Shown here: positions 50,851 to 63,968 of the stretch, piece after piece | Position numbering within the stretch: the first letter of the stretch is position 1 | Layout of the letters: the number at the start of each line of letters is the position of its first letter | Assembly: GCA_047967505.1 (NCBI GenBank) | Contig: CM106538.1 | Source: Dipteris shenzhenensis | Taxonomy: Eukaryota | Direction: 5' to 3' (one strand) | Length of the DNA stretch: 64,000 nt | Notes under the pieces: model-generated | What the model saw: the letters and a program-made list of their open reading frames with translations, nothing else | What the model was told of the DNA's origin: nothing | The model's database searches: none | Program-made: the position numbers and the translations under genes

Positions 50851-51916
50851 TTTTAGTTTAGACCTTCAAGATTTCTTGCTAAAGAAACCTTATGAGCCTT
50901 CCTTGTTTTCCCCCCTTTTCAATCTCTTCTCCTTGGCTAGAGAACCAAGCGTGAGATAAACACATGAGAGTCGCTTGTTAGCTTATAATAACCCAAACTA
51001 TTTGTATGGATAAGTTATTTGTATGAATAAAGTTTATCTGTATGAATACTTATTCATATGAGAATAAAATTTATTTGTATGAATATAAATGGATGACATG
51101 GCAAATCACCATCAAAATGTGATGTAGTTACAATTTCTAGCCTAATTTTTCATCCTTATGTATTATTTGGTCCGAATTCTTGAATTTTTTGAATCAGAAA
51201 TTTGATTTTTTATACTTATCTTCTACCCACCCATTATGCCTGGCTAATATCTTAGGTCGATTTACATAGGGTTTTGATGCTGCCTCCTTGGATATTGCAT
51301 CATGCAAATCAGCTTTATTTTTTAAGTTGTAATGCCAAATGGTTGAGTAAAAGATTGTAGCAGCTCTAGTCATGCAAACTTTCACTTCATCATCAATAGG
51401 CTTTTCTATAGTGAGTGATGTTTGGTGTTATTACTTTTGGCCAACTCTTAGCACATAAACATATTGCTCCTATTCTATGCCACATATGTTTGGCTCCAAG
51501 GGAGACCTTGCTCCAACTTTTTTGGAATTGTCCTATCACCTATGATTTCTTGCTATTTCTTCAGTAGCACTTCTAGGCTTGCTTTCCAATTTCTTCCTTT
51601 GGAAAGCTTATTTGGATCTTTGGCATTCACCCATGGTGAGCAGAGTTTGGTCTATTTTTCATGTGGGTTCTATATTAGGCACTCTAGACTCTATGGAAAG
51701 ACAAGAACCACAGAGTCTTTTGAGAGCGTACTTCTTCCATGTTCTAATATTTTTGGATGTTACTCAATCTTTTTATGATTGCCTGGCTGTTTGTTAGATA
51801 GATTACACTGTCTACTTGTCCTACAATAAAATTTTTTGATCTTGGATTTGTCTGTCGATCCCCACTTTAGGGAAGCCTCTTTTTAATAGAAGATACATGG
51901 ATTTCACTAAAAAAAA

Positions 51917-51975
51917 GTGTGTTTGTGTGCATATAATACATATTACACACACACTTCTTTTTTTTGGGTGAGCAT

Positions 51976-52049
<74 letters not shown>

Positions 52050-52057
52050 TGTATGTG

Positions 52058-52121
<64 letters not shown>

Positions 52122-52232
52122 AGTATGTTACAATATGTATGTATGTATGTATTCATTTATATGTATACATACACAGACACATACATACATGTATACTTTT
52201 TTTCAAGGGGGTGAAATCCATGTATGTTTAAA

Positions 52233-52280
<48 letters not shown>
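51917..52280. repeat. (CA)n/(TG)n/(TATG)n microsatellite field with two minus-strand L1 tail stubs
   Basis: Stubs at 51954-51975 and 52197-52233. Confidence 0.9.
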
Positions 52281-52283
<3 letters not shown>

Positions 52284-52499
52284 ACTAATCCCTTCCTCCA
52301 TTAGGTTTTTGCCACTTGCTCATTAGAGCTCCCCTCAACAACTCCGCTTAATTTCCCTAATTTCTTTTTCCTCAAACTCCCTTATTCTCCCCTTAATTTC
52401 TCCCTAATTTCCCTTAAAAAAAAATAAAATTCCCTAATATTTACCTTCTTTTCTTTGTTATTTTTAATAATTTCTCCTATTACCTTTTTTCCTTAATCC

Positions 52500-53900
52500 C
52501 CCTTTATTTTTCGAGTTGTGTAGCAAAACTATTGTGCTCTTGGATGATAATATGAGGGATAAGGTGCAATTAAAAAAGTCGCCTGCAACTCTATCCAATG
52601 TGTTCCATACGGGCAACAAAATTAGTATAGGTGAGTCCAAGGAGGCAACTCTGCTAGCTAAGGGTGTGAACATAGAGGAAGTAGCCATGAACCTACTGAA
52701 TCAAGTGGCTTAATAGCTTAATGGGGGCTTGGGCAGAGATGGGTCCAGTAATCCACACTTGTTCCCGAGATAAGACAATGTGTGGTGTGGGATATGCATG
52801 GGCAACTACCCTACAAATGATTTCCCTTTCCTTTGGGCTAGGCCAATGCTCTACTATGCTCACTATGCTAGATGGAGAGACCCCAAGACTTCTCAATGTC
52901 GATTTCCCAATACTATGCCATCATCCATGTACCAATAGAGGCAACTGTTGTCCTTGCCTACACCACAAACTAGTACAACCAGGGCCAACTAGTTATACAT
53001 GGATCCTCTCAGCCAACCAAGGGCCACCTAGGGTTCAAAACCTACCACTACCACCACTTGTTCTAGGACCGCATCCCCCGCCACCACGGATTGCTCCCAT
53101 AAATCAGGTTATTATTGAATAACCATTGAGTGAGTGGGAGGATCTTGGCTATGCCATTCTGCAATCTAGTCCCTTGCCATATGAAAGTCCTATATATTAG
53201 GCCAGCCGGGTAAGCTATTACATCATGTAGGATGAACAATATATTTTGGTATATCGAACTACTTCCACGATGCTACAAGCTAGAGATATGAACACTGTGA
53301 ATTGCAGACCACCTATCCAATGTTACACTTGCCAAGGCCCACACAGTGCAAGTGAATGTCCTTATAAGGTAACTACCACTCAGCCTATAGCTTGTTATAA
53401 GTTCCAGGGACTCCACTTCCTTAAAGATTGTTCCTACAAGGATGATCAACCCTTGCTTGGAACATTTGCCATTAACCTGAATGCTCCATTGTGTTTAGTT
53501 TGTGGAGTATACAAGGATTGCCCCATGAGAAGAGCACCCAAAACAACCCCTGATCCTAAAATCAGCATTAATTTACTGTGAATATTGAGAGAGGCCAAGT
53601 TTTGTTAAATGTGATTACGAGGGCCCAAGCCAGGAGCCATGAGCAAGGAACTTTGAAAACAAGCCAAGAGGGAAAAAGCAGCCACATCTTAGTCCAAAGG
53701 TAAAGGCCGTGCGACTGCAATCAAAGTAGGGAAGGACTTTGATCAAGTTATCCTTCATAGTGGCTCAAATTGAAGAGACTGCTATGTCTCCACATCCACA
53801 TCTTTAGGACTCGCCCAGGTGACCTTGGATCCTATAGCACTATGGCCTAAGGAAAAGAATAGGGTAAGTGAGACATAGCCACATAGATGCGACTTAAGTA
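52500..53900 (+). pseudogene. Gypsy-like gag remnant with multiple zinc knuckles
   Basis: CYTCQGPHSASECP, CYKFQGLHFLKDC and LNVITRAQA. Confidence 0.55.
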
Positions 53901-55626
53901 TATTCAGCCATAATGAATACCCTAACCTTATGACTCAAAGGCAATGCCTTGTAGAGGCACAACAATTTGTAATCCATGGGCTGATTTAAATTGAGGGGTA
54001 GCACTGTAAGAAAATAATACAACGTCTGTGCTCAACAGATAACAGGATCTCGTATGCAAGAGAGAAAACAAGATAGTATGGAGAATAAGTATGCATATCA
54101 TCTGATTAAGCAGAATGTGCAAGATTTCATGCTAGGATAGCTCAACATCATCAAGACATCAAAAGAAGCATGGGATATGTTTGCAGCTCTCTACGAGTCT
54201 AAGAACACTTCCAGGATTCTCACACTAAGAAACCAAATCAACTAGAGTTTTCACAACAGCAGCTAAACCGGCCATGCTTACGTACTCCGGATCAAAGACT
54301 ACAACAATCAACTCATTGCAGCAGTAGGAGAGACCATGAATCCAGCAAAAATGGTTCAAGTCATCTTGAATGGACTAGGAGAGGGATACGAGAATCTAGT
54401 CCAAAGTATTGCCATCCAACGGCAAATTCTCACACTGGAAGAACTTCAGTCAGTCTTACTTGGTGAAGAACTCAGGATTCAAGCCATTCATGCACGCAAA
54501 GGTCATTCTAATGATCAGGCATTCACAGCTTCAGACAGAAGCAAAGGCAGAGGTAGATCATTCCAGAGAAGTGGTCATCATCCGCAACAAAGTCATCAAT
54601 AAAGTTAGCATCAGCATCATCCTCAGCAACATCAGAATCATCAAAGAGGAAATCATTCCAATCGAGGAAGATTCCAAGGACAAGGGAATGCATCCACCAA
54701 TGTGTCAAACATCCAGTGCAATTACTGTCATAAGTTTGGACACAATGAAAGAGATTGCCACAAGAAGCAGTACGACCAAGGCGGTCAATCTAGTAGTAAT
54801 CAAGGGAATTTCCGTGGAAGAGGAAATCATCATGGTGAACATTCTAGTCACAATCATTTTGCAAATGAACATGGGAATATGTTTCTTGCAAATGAGGAAA
54901 TTCAAAAAACTGATACAGTGTACCTAGACACTAATTGCAATCCAAAAGAGGATTTCAGCTATCAAGTTGACCAAGCAGATCAAGATCCTTGGTACATCGA
55001 CAATGATGCATCATCTCATATGACAAATCATCAGGAATGGTTCACAGAGTTGAAACCATTAGAAGGTCAAAAGAATGTCATCTACACAGCAGCAGAGATA
55101 ATACACCAAATCAAGTTCAAGGGACATACATTATCCCTATGAACAATTTCACTGGTATGAAAGGATTGGTGAAAGATGTACTCTATATTCCAAAGCTCAG
55201 CAACAATAACCTCTTGTCAGTAGGTCAAATGGCAGAACACAACTATCGAGTCATCTGTGATGGAGATGACTGCACTATCAGAGATAAATCCAGAAGATTA
55301 TATGCCAGGGTGACCGTTGTGTACTTATGTCACCGACTTGTTAGCTGGAGATGCGGTTGGTACACCGCCCACGAATAATAGCTGGATGACAGATATCCTT
55401 ATCTACACTAGTTCGTGGCTCAGTTAGTATGCCACCTTAGTTAGTTGAGTTTGGTTTGAGACCCACATATAGGGTTCTTCTATTTCTTTGTACTTGAGTT
55501 CTTTTGGCTTACACAACTAAGAAGAGGAAAACTGTTTTCAGCCTCCACCTTTGTGTGTATTCCCCCAATTGTTTATGTGAGAACGCCGCAAGTGAGGCTC
55601 CTTCCCTCTCTCCCACTATCTTCACA

Positions 55627-55639
55627 TGGTATCAGAGCC
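55627..55639 (+). promoter_or_regulatory. Primer binding site (initiator Met tRNA) of Copia-2
   Basis: TGGTATCAGAGCC immediately after the LTR-terminal CA. Confidence 0.95.
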
Positions 55640-56171
55640 TTGTTCGTGGTAAGGAGCTCAAGAAGGCAAGCCAAGTTCGTGGTGTCCTAGTAAGAGGACT
55701 AGTGTTGCTTTCCTATTTCGAGTTTGGGAGCAAATCTCTGCAGGTAGCACAGCCAGAAGTGCAGGAGTGCACTGTTTCAGATTGAGGCGCCCTTCGCGGT
55801 GTGGCGAGAGTGCAGTATATGCTGTGGGAGGGGGCAAAGCCCTTAGTAACTTTATTTTTCTGATTTGAGGCCGTTTCGGGGCCCGTTTTGAAGGCAGAAG
55901 TTCTTCACAGGCACTCAGAAAAAGGCCCTGTTTTTTGCTGTGCGACCACTGCGCGGCTAGCCGGTGGAAAGGTGCCGTAGAAATTGCATCGTATGCCTGT
56001 GTGCAGAGATATTGGGAGTTGCAGATTCATGCCTGTTGCCTATTGATGCAAAATCGTCACTAGGAAGTGACTGTGTGGTGAAATACCACTTTCGTCAGTT
56101 TTGCAGATTTGCCTGTGTGAGGCAAAAGCTGTGTTTTTTTGCAGTGACAGAATATTTTGCAGTGTTCTGTA

Positions 56172-59100
56172 ATGGCATCTGATTCTCTTTCATAGATTGT
56201 CACTGAAAAGCTTGACAAGAGCAACTTCCAGGCATGGAAGTTTAGAATGATGAATTTCTTGATGGGAAAAGGCTATTGGGAATTCATTACAGGAAATGAA
56301 GAAGAACCTGTTCTTCCTAATGTTCCCAGTCAACAGGAAATGCAGGCATTCAAAGGATGGCATGAGAGAGCTAGGAAAGTTATGTATTGGCTGTCTATCA
56401 GCATTTCGGACTCCATGATTGTGCATATTCAGGATGCAAATACGCCAAAGGAGGCATGGGATACTTTGGCAAAAATGTACAGCACAAATACGCAAGCCAG
56501 GAAAATGCAACTCAAACAGGAGTTGCACAATGTGCAGAGAGAAAATTTGAGCATAAATGACTACCACATGAAAGTGAAGAAAATTGCAGATGCACTTGCT
56601 TCCATTGGGTCGCCAGTGGATGATGATGATTTGGTTTCCGTGACCTTGAATGGTCTAGGAAAGGATTATGCACAGTTCCGGACATCCATTGCCGTCCGTG
56701 AAAAATTTCCTGATTTTGAGGAGCTGATTGCTCTTCTAATTTCTGAAGAGCAGAGAAATGGGGGTGCATCTTCTTTAGCAGGAACTTCAAAAGAAACTGT
56801 CTTCTACTCAAATGCTGGCAGAGGTAGAGGTAGAGGTAGAGGAGGCCGATCTGCAGGCCGTGGTAGAAATCAGAATATGCAGCAAACGCAAGAAAACCAG
56901 TCCTATGCAAGAGGACGTGGTAACTCTAGAGGCAGGGGGAGCCAAAGAGGCCGTGGTGGATGGCAGAGAAGCCAAAATGCAAGAAGCAATGTTGAATGCT
57001 ACTATTGTGGCAAAATGGGTCATATGGCTAAGGACTGCTACAAAAAGTAGAATGACATTATGAATGGAAAATTGCAGCAACGCAATTATGCATCTTCTAG
57101 CAGGCAGGGTGATGATAGAAATGAGCATCTATTTATGGTGCAGCATATGACCAATTCTGTGACAAGTGTAGAAGAACAAAATGATGTGTGGTATGTTGAC
57201 TCAGGTGCGTCAAACCACATGACAGGTCATGCAGAATGGATGCAAGATGCAAGGAAAATGGAAAAGCTAGGATTTGTGGAGACTGGTGATGATACTGCAC
57301 ATCCTATTGTGCAGATTGGCAAAATTCCTTTGTCTATGTAGGATGGGAAAAAGAAATACTTGTTTGATGTATTTCATGTCCCGAACATCACCAAGAACCT
57401 GGTTTCTGTTGGTCAGATGGTTGAGCGGGGCTTGCAGGTCAGATTTAATCCTCATGGATGCTTTGTTGAGGATATGAAAAATAATGGTCGCTTGATAGCA
57501 AAAGGAAAGAAAAAGGGCAGGATGTTTACGTTGGATGCAGACATGCCTGAATTGAGTGCAGCAATGTTTGCACATGGGACCGGTGTAGTTGCAGATATTG
57601 ATATCTGGCACAAACGCATTGGTCATGTTAATATACAGCGACTTAAATCAATGCAAGCCCAAAATATTGTTGCAGGATTGCCAAAATTCAAGGTTGCAGA
57701 AATGCACAAGATTTGTGAAGCCTATCAATTTGGGAAACAGGCAAGGAAACCTTTTCCTAGGCATGTTCAAGAGAGTAAAAAGCCATTGGAATTAATCCAC
57801 TCTGATGTGTGGACTACAAAAGCTGCATCTATTGGAGGCTGTCACTATTTTGTCACATTTATTGATGACTTCATCAGAAAACTGTGGGTGTATTTTATGA
57901 AAAAGAAAAGTGAAGTGTTTGGGCACTTCAAAGCTTTCAAAGCTATGGTTGAAAAAGAAACAGGCCTGCAAATAAAATGCCTAAGGTCAGATGGAGGGGG
58001 AGAGTACCTCTCAAATGAGTTTGCAAGGTTCTTGCAGGAGCATGGTATAAAGCAGCAATATTCATGCAGTCATACCCCACAGCAAAATGGAATTGCTGAA
58101 AGAAAAAATAGGCATATTGGAGAGGTATCTCGGGCTATGCTAAATGAAAAAGATCTACCAGATTATTATTGGGCTGAAGCAGTTGCTACAGCAGTCTATA
58201 TAATGAACAGGACTCCCACTGCAGCAATACATGGCATGACGCCAGAGGAGATGTATACTGGTAGGAAACCAGATATTTCTCATTTGAAGATTTTTGGTTG
58301 CATTGCCTATGTCCATGTGCCAGATGAGCTGAGGTCCAAGTTGGATCCAAAAGCTGAGAAGTGCGTCTTTATTGGTTATTCTCTGCCAGTAGAAAGGGTA
58401 TAGATGCTATAACCCTTCTACACGTAAGTTCACAGTGAGCAAAGATGTTGTTTTTGATGAGATGATAGCTGGTATAAACCAGTAAATGTGATGATTGATG
58501 TAGATGCACAAAATGGTAATGCTGCACAGAATGCACAGCAGCAATCACAAAATATAAGTGGACCTGGAGTGTCCTCTACCAGTGGTTCACATACTTCGCC
58601 ATGGACAGGCAGATTGAGATCAGGAGAATCCCCTCAAAGCAATGCAGAGAGTGGTACGCAGATATCACGAAAAGGGAAAGAGAAGGTAGATCAGCCCATG
58701 TATGATGTGAATGTAGGTCACTCTTGTGTGGATGGTGAATCCAGTGGCTCAAAACAGAGCATTGATGATGAGTTGGGTATTCCTTCTATTGTTACACCTG
58801 GAGTAAGGAAGACCAGGGATGTTTTGAGAGCACCTGGAAGTGAGCCTATTTTGTGCAGGTCTACCAGGGTTAGGTATCCTATGGATAGGCTGAAATATGA
58901 TGGATTTACAGCCATTCACTATGCCTATATGGTCAAAGTGATACAGGAACCAGAACCCACTTCTTTTGAGCAAGCCATGGGAAATGAAAAATGGGAGAAA
59001 GCCATGGATGAAGAAATGGATGCCTTGGATGCTAATGCTACATGGGAATTGGTGCCTTTGCCTGAAGGCAAGAATGCAATTGGTTGTAAGTGGGTTTATA

Positions 59101-60525
59101 AGATCAAGCACAATGCAGATGGTTCTGTGAATAGATACAAGGCAAGATTAGTTGTCAAGGGGTATGCACAGACATATGGCATTGATTATGAAGAAACTTT
59201 CAGCCCGATTGCAAGGATGGCAACTGTAAGAGCAGCCATTGCTATGGCTACATCAAAGGGATGGTCTTTACATCAGATGGATGTAAAGAATGCCTTCTTG
59301 CATGGTGATTTGCAAGAAGAGGTCTTTATGGAGCAGCCAGCAGGTTATGTTCATGCTACTCATCCTGAGTTTGTTTGCAGGTTGAAGAAAGCCTTGTATG
59401 GCTTGAAGCAAGCACCTAGAGCATGGTCTGACAAGATAGGATAGTATCTTGTCACTATTGGCTTTCAGATTTCCAAGGCAGATTTCTCACTCTATGTGAG
59501 AAAAACAGAGAAAGGGATTATGCTGCTGGTCATTTATGTTGATGATTTGATCATCACAGGTGATCGTGATGAAGATATCCTTCATGTGAAAATGCTATTG
59601 AGGCAGAAGTTTGAGATGAAGGATTTGGGAGAGCTGCGTTATTTCTTGGGCATTGAGGTGATTAGATCACCAAGTGGGATACAGCTCTTGCAGAGGCAGT
59701 ATGGATTGGACATGCTGTCCAAATATGGGATGACAGGCTGTAAGCCTATTTCAGTTCCTTTGGAGCAGAATGTGAAGCTGAGCACAGATGCAGGTGAGCT
59801 TTTGGAAGACCCTACTATGTACAGACGCATAGTAGGAAGTTTGATTTACATGACTATTACCAGGCCAGATTTGAGCTATGCTGTTGGGTTGGTAAGTCAG
59901 TTTATGCAGGCTCCAAGGAAACTGCATTTGGATGCGGCTAGACGCATACTCAGGTATGTGAAGTCCACATTGCAGTACGGACTATTTTATGAGGCTAGGG
60001 TTCGGATACAGTTGCATGGATACACTGATGCTGATTGGGCTGGTAGTATTTCTGATAGACGATCTACCAGTGGATATGTGTTCTCTTTTGGGAGTGCTGC
60101 AGTCACTTGGAGCAGCAAGAAACAGCCTACAATTGCCTTGTCGAGCACAGAGGCTGAGTACAGGGGTGCAGCAATGGCTGCATGTGAGGTAGCTTGGTTG
60201 CATAAGCTACTCTATGATATGCATCAGTCCGGTTGTCATTTATTGTGACAACATGAATAGTATACATTTGGCAAAGAACCCAGTCTTTCATGCCAGAACA
60301 AAGCACATTGAGGTGCATTATCACTATGTGTGGGAGAAGGTTTTACTAGGTCTTATTGATCTAGCTTATGTCAGCACAGAGGATCAGGTAGCTGACATAT
60401 TCACGAAAGCATTGGGCGCAGAGAAGCTACGCAAGTTCAGAGACCTGCTTGGTGTGCAGGATTTGGGATTGAGCTCGAGGGGGAGTGTTGAGATATCGAG
60501 CTCCACTCGAGATATGCCAGGGTGA
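56172..60525 (+). pseudogene. Copia-2 gag-pol with four in-frame TAG stops and several frameshifts
   Basis: NFQAWKFRM, RGG-rich gag, CYYCGKMGHMAKDC, WYVDSGAS, WHKRIGH, SDGGGEY, YKARLV, YVDDL, ADIFTK; the ORF runs through the PPT into the 3' LTR. Confidence 0.95.
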
Positions 60526-61519
60526 CCGTTGTGTACTTATGTCACCGACTTGTTAGCTGGAGATGCGGTTGGTACACCGCCCATGAATAATAGCTAGATG
60601 ATAGCTATCCTTATCTACACTAGTTCGTGGCTCAGTTAGTATGCCAACTTAGTTAGTTGAGTTTGGTTTGAGACCCACATATAGGGTTCTTCTATATCTT
60701 TGTACTTGAGTTCTTTTGGCTTACACAACTAAGAAGAGGAAAACTGTTTTCAGCCTCCACCTTTGTGTGTATTCCCCCAATTGTTTATGTGAGAACGCCG
60801 CAAGTGAGACTCCTTCCCTCTCTCCCACTATCTTCACAATGCCACTATCCACAAAATGGCACAAGAGATAGGGTCATGTCGAATTCAAGAGCTTGCTAGA
60901 TCTTAAGAATCAAAATATGGCAATTGGGATTCCTAAGCTATAGTTTCATGGAAAAGTTTGCAAAGCATGCTGCTTTGGCAAATAAAAGCGAACCAACTTC
61001 GGTGGAAGCACCTCTCGAGCACGAGGTATTCTTGATTTGATACATACAGATGTATGGGGTTATGCCCAGACCTGCAGCATCAATGGTTCATTTTACTACT
61101 TGACTTTCATCGATGACTATAGTAGATATTGTTGGGTCTACTTTTTGAAAGAGAAATCAGAAGTGTTTTCCAGATTTCAAGAATTCAAAGCCATGGTAGA
61201 AAACCAGACAGGTAGAAAGATCAAAGTCATGAAATCAGATGGAGGAGGTGAATACATGTCTTCAGCATTCATGAACTTTTGTAGAAGTCACTGCATTTGA
61301 AGACAAATGTTATCATATGTGCATAGAACTAACACTTATAGAGCACTATAAAGGAAAGGGTTAGATGTCATAACCCTAACCCTAAATGGGTTTGTATATA
61401 TTCTACATTTTCAACTAAATCTAGTGTACAGTTAGTCATTTGTGGTGTGCTCTCTAGTTGTGCCCTCTCTTCTCATCTCCACTCCTCCTCTCCCCTCTTC
61501 ATATTTGGTGAGTTCCAAC

Positions 61520-62410
61520 CATTGGGATGGTTTAGGATAATCACATTACTATTTAAATAATCAAAGCTACTAGAAACCAAATCAATTTCACTACTACAAA
61601 ACAAAACAATTTCACATAGTTGGTTTAGGATAGTCACATTAATGGAGTCTAACCTACACTAACTTCGTAATATATTGTTGTTCCAGCCACTTGGCTGGTT
61701 GTGGATGATCACAGTCCAAGCCAGCCCATGTATGATGTGCACCAACCAAAAAATTAGACTAAGTAATTTAACTACTAGTAAAATAAAGTAATTTAGCTAC
61801 TAGTAAAATAAACTAGTTTAACTACTAGGAGACACAACAATTTCAACCATTGAGCTGGTCATTAATTATTTCAGTTGCAAAATATATTTCTATTTATTTT
61901 CTATTCAATCACATTGGTTTTGGTTTAGGACAATCACATGACTCCGATTTGACCTAAACCACCTCAGTGATATATTACATGATGTTCCAACCACCGAGCT
62001 AGTTTAGGACAATCACATAAGTCCAAGAAAGCCTACTTAAGAAATTGATTGGTATATGACCCAAATCAGCCCAAAAATTAAACTTAAATAATTTAAATAC
62101 TAATAAATGCAGTAGTGTCAATTAACCACCAGGCTGGTCATTAATTATTTCTGTTGTGGAAATTTTTTTTGTTTCAACCACGTTGGTTTAGGAAAATCAC
62201 ATAACTATTGTTTGCCTGAGCCAGTTCGGCGATATAGTACATGATGTTCAAGTCACCAGGCTAGTTTAGGACAATCACATTAAGTCCAAGCTAGTAGCCA
62301 GGTTTAGAAATTAATTGGTATATGATCTGAACCAGCCAAAAAAAATAAATTTAACTAATATTTAACTCTACCAGGAGACACAACGATTTCAACCATCGGG
62401 CTGGTCATCC
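61520..62410. repeat. Degenerate higher-order tandem repeat
   Basis: GTTTAGGA(C/T/A)A(A/G)TCACA-type motif near 61528, 61621, 61696, 61921, 62000, 62184 and 62262. Confidence 0.75.
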
Positions 62411-62959
62411 ATCAGACAATAACAATATATTTTTCTTTCTTTTGCTACTCAGGTGGTTGTCTACTCTAAGCTTGATTAATGACACGACTCCCTTATCCAT
62501 CTTGGATCCTGTTTTGGCACCATTTCTTCTTCACTTAGCCATTTTCATCCCTCCTTTGTTTATATGCTACTGTCTCTTGCATGCATACCGTTGTGAGACT
62601 TTATCCTTACTTTCGACTACTACTACACGATTAATTGCTGCCTTCACTACTACCTTTACCACCCTCTATATTTCCTTTGGCTTCATGGTTTTAGCATTAG
62701 TTATGTTGTTGGCTGCTTGTTCTAGTACCATGGCTCGCGTATCTCTTTCCACTTTGAGCTCGGCCCCGATAGGGTTGCTATGTTGATAGCTCTTGCAAAA
62801 GCTCTTGAGGTGTGAGCCTCCTTTCAAAAAAATACCTCGATTGGCAAGTGCTTTGATCAGGGGAATGGGGAAACTAGCGAAAACAAAATAGGGCAAAAAA
62901 GGGTGAAAATTAGATAAGGAAAATTTAGGGGAAAGTAGGACGAAATACTGTATTAAGAT

Positions 62960-63968
62960 TTCCCTGGCTATTCAAGCTTTGGATACCTTTTTTTTCAAGT
63001 GCACTCATAGAGTTGAGCCTACATTCTTCCCAAGCCGATTGGCCATGGGAAGTGTATTGGGCGTTGCAATAACACACCTCCATTACTCCATCCAAGCTTT
63101 AGTGCAAGCATGCCAATCCATTCCTCTTAGCCATTCAAACTGATAGCATACTAGTTTATTCAATTCAACTTGTCATTGGTTGTCATTAATACCCTATGGG
63201 CCATTCAAATAACCATTGCAAGAGGGTTTGATTCTGTTGTGTAATTACTAGTAGGCCTCCTACTTGACTGTTTCAATGGGGTTAAAGGGATACCTCCCCC
63301 AATAAATAATGTAATATCTGGTGCCAAAGTAGGAGATGCCACGATCTCGTGCATGTGGCGACATATATTCCTCCATCTCCTTTGTGTATTACCACCTTTT
63401 CTTGTTCTTTATATGCTCCTAAAACGTGTGGAAAATTTTCTTAATGTCCTAAATCCCTGTAATTGGGAGGGTCACAAATATTACTCCCCCCTTTTTTTGG
63501 GGGGTCCATTTACCCAAATGTCTATAGTATAATTATTCATGGTCATGGGTTTTGGTCTCACCCATAAGTACTTATACACCCATTATTGGCTGAATCCTTC
63601 CCATCCTTTCTCCAATAACCCTTGATTAATTCTCAACAATCACATCATATTTAGTAACCCAAGTATTCTCCAATACCTTCCACCAAGTAGAAATTACCGT
63701 TCCTCTCCCTTTATTCTTCAATCTAGTTATAAACCCAAGTAGAAAACGGCTTATATGCCAAAAGTGTTTTCTCCTACCCACTCCATTAGTGTTTACACAT
63801 GACACATCACTAGAAAAGTCCAACATGAAATATTCCATTGATTATTTGGTCTAGGTACATTGATTCTCCACCCACTTATGGGGATTACACCACACCACCA
63901 ATAGTGTGTATCCTCCACTCCCATCAATGCCCACTAATACAAGGCAAGAAATGCCAATGAAAGTGGCC
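62960..63968 (-). pseudogene. Possible decayed L1 ORF2 C-terminal fragment
   Basis: Trp-rich frames (ISTWWKVLENTW); no catalytic motif seen. Confidence 0.35.

Larger units (their letters stand above)
44569..51218 (-). mobile_element. hAT-superfamily DNA transposon (BED + DUF659 type), 6650 bp
   Basis: Flanked by TCTTCTACCC (44559-44568, 51219-51228); removing it restores the L1 frame; inverted subterminal TTATTCATACAAATAA (44666-44681 / 51015-51030). Confidence 0.85.
39540..51916 (+). mobile_element. Near full-length decayed L1-clade LINE interrupted by the hAT element
   Basis: ORF1 VHVLPWSP...VWVEV...IAISLGKV and a knuckle (40600-40975); APE CLTFNCR, IYAP, LCGDFN, AKLDHWY, LDH; RT GWDGLTVEFF, NWRPITLM; resumes at 51219 with CHIC...ET...FWNC; ends GGATTTCACT-A8. 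5' limit uncertain (39350-39540). Confidence 0.85.
55307..60838 (+). mobile_element. Full-length Ty1/Copia LTR retrotransposon (Copia-2)
   Basis: 5' LTR 55307-55626 (first 33 nt lost), 3' LTR 60486-60838, about 7 mismatches; PBS TGGTATCAGAGCC; PPT GAGGGGGAG; TSD ATGCC. Confidence 0.95.
54050..61305 (+). mobile_element. Older truncated Copia (gag-PR-INT) hosting Copia-2
   Basis: KEAWDMF, CNYCHKFGHNERDC, WYIDNDASSHM, VLYIPKL; resumes after 60838 with WHKR.GH, IHTDVWG, FIDDYSR and KSDGGGEY. Confidence 0.85.

Noticed and set aside
61371-61386. Interstitial telomere (CCCTAACCCTAAA)
   Set aside because: Only about two units.
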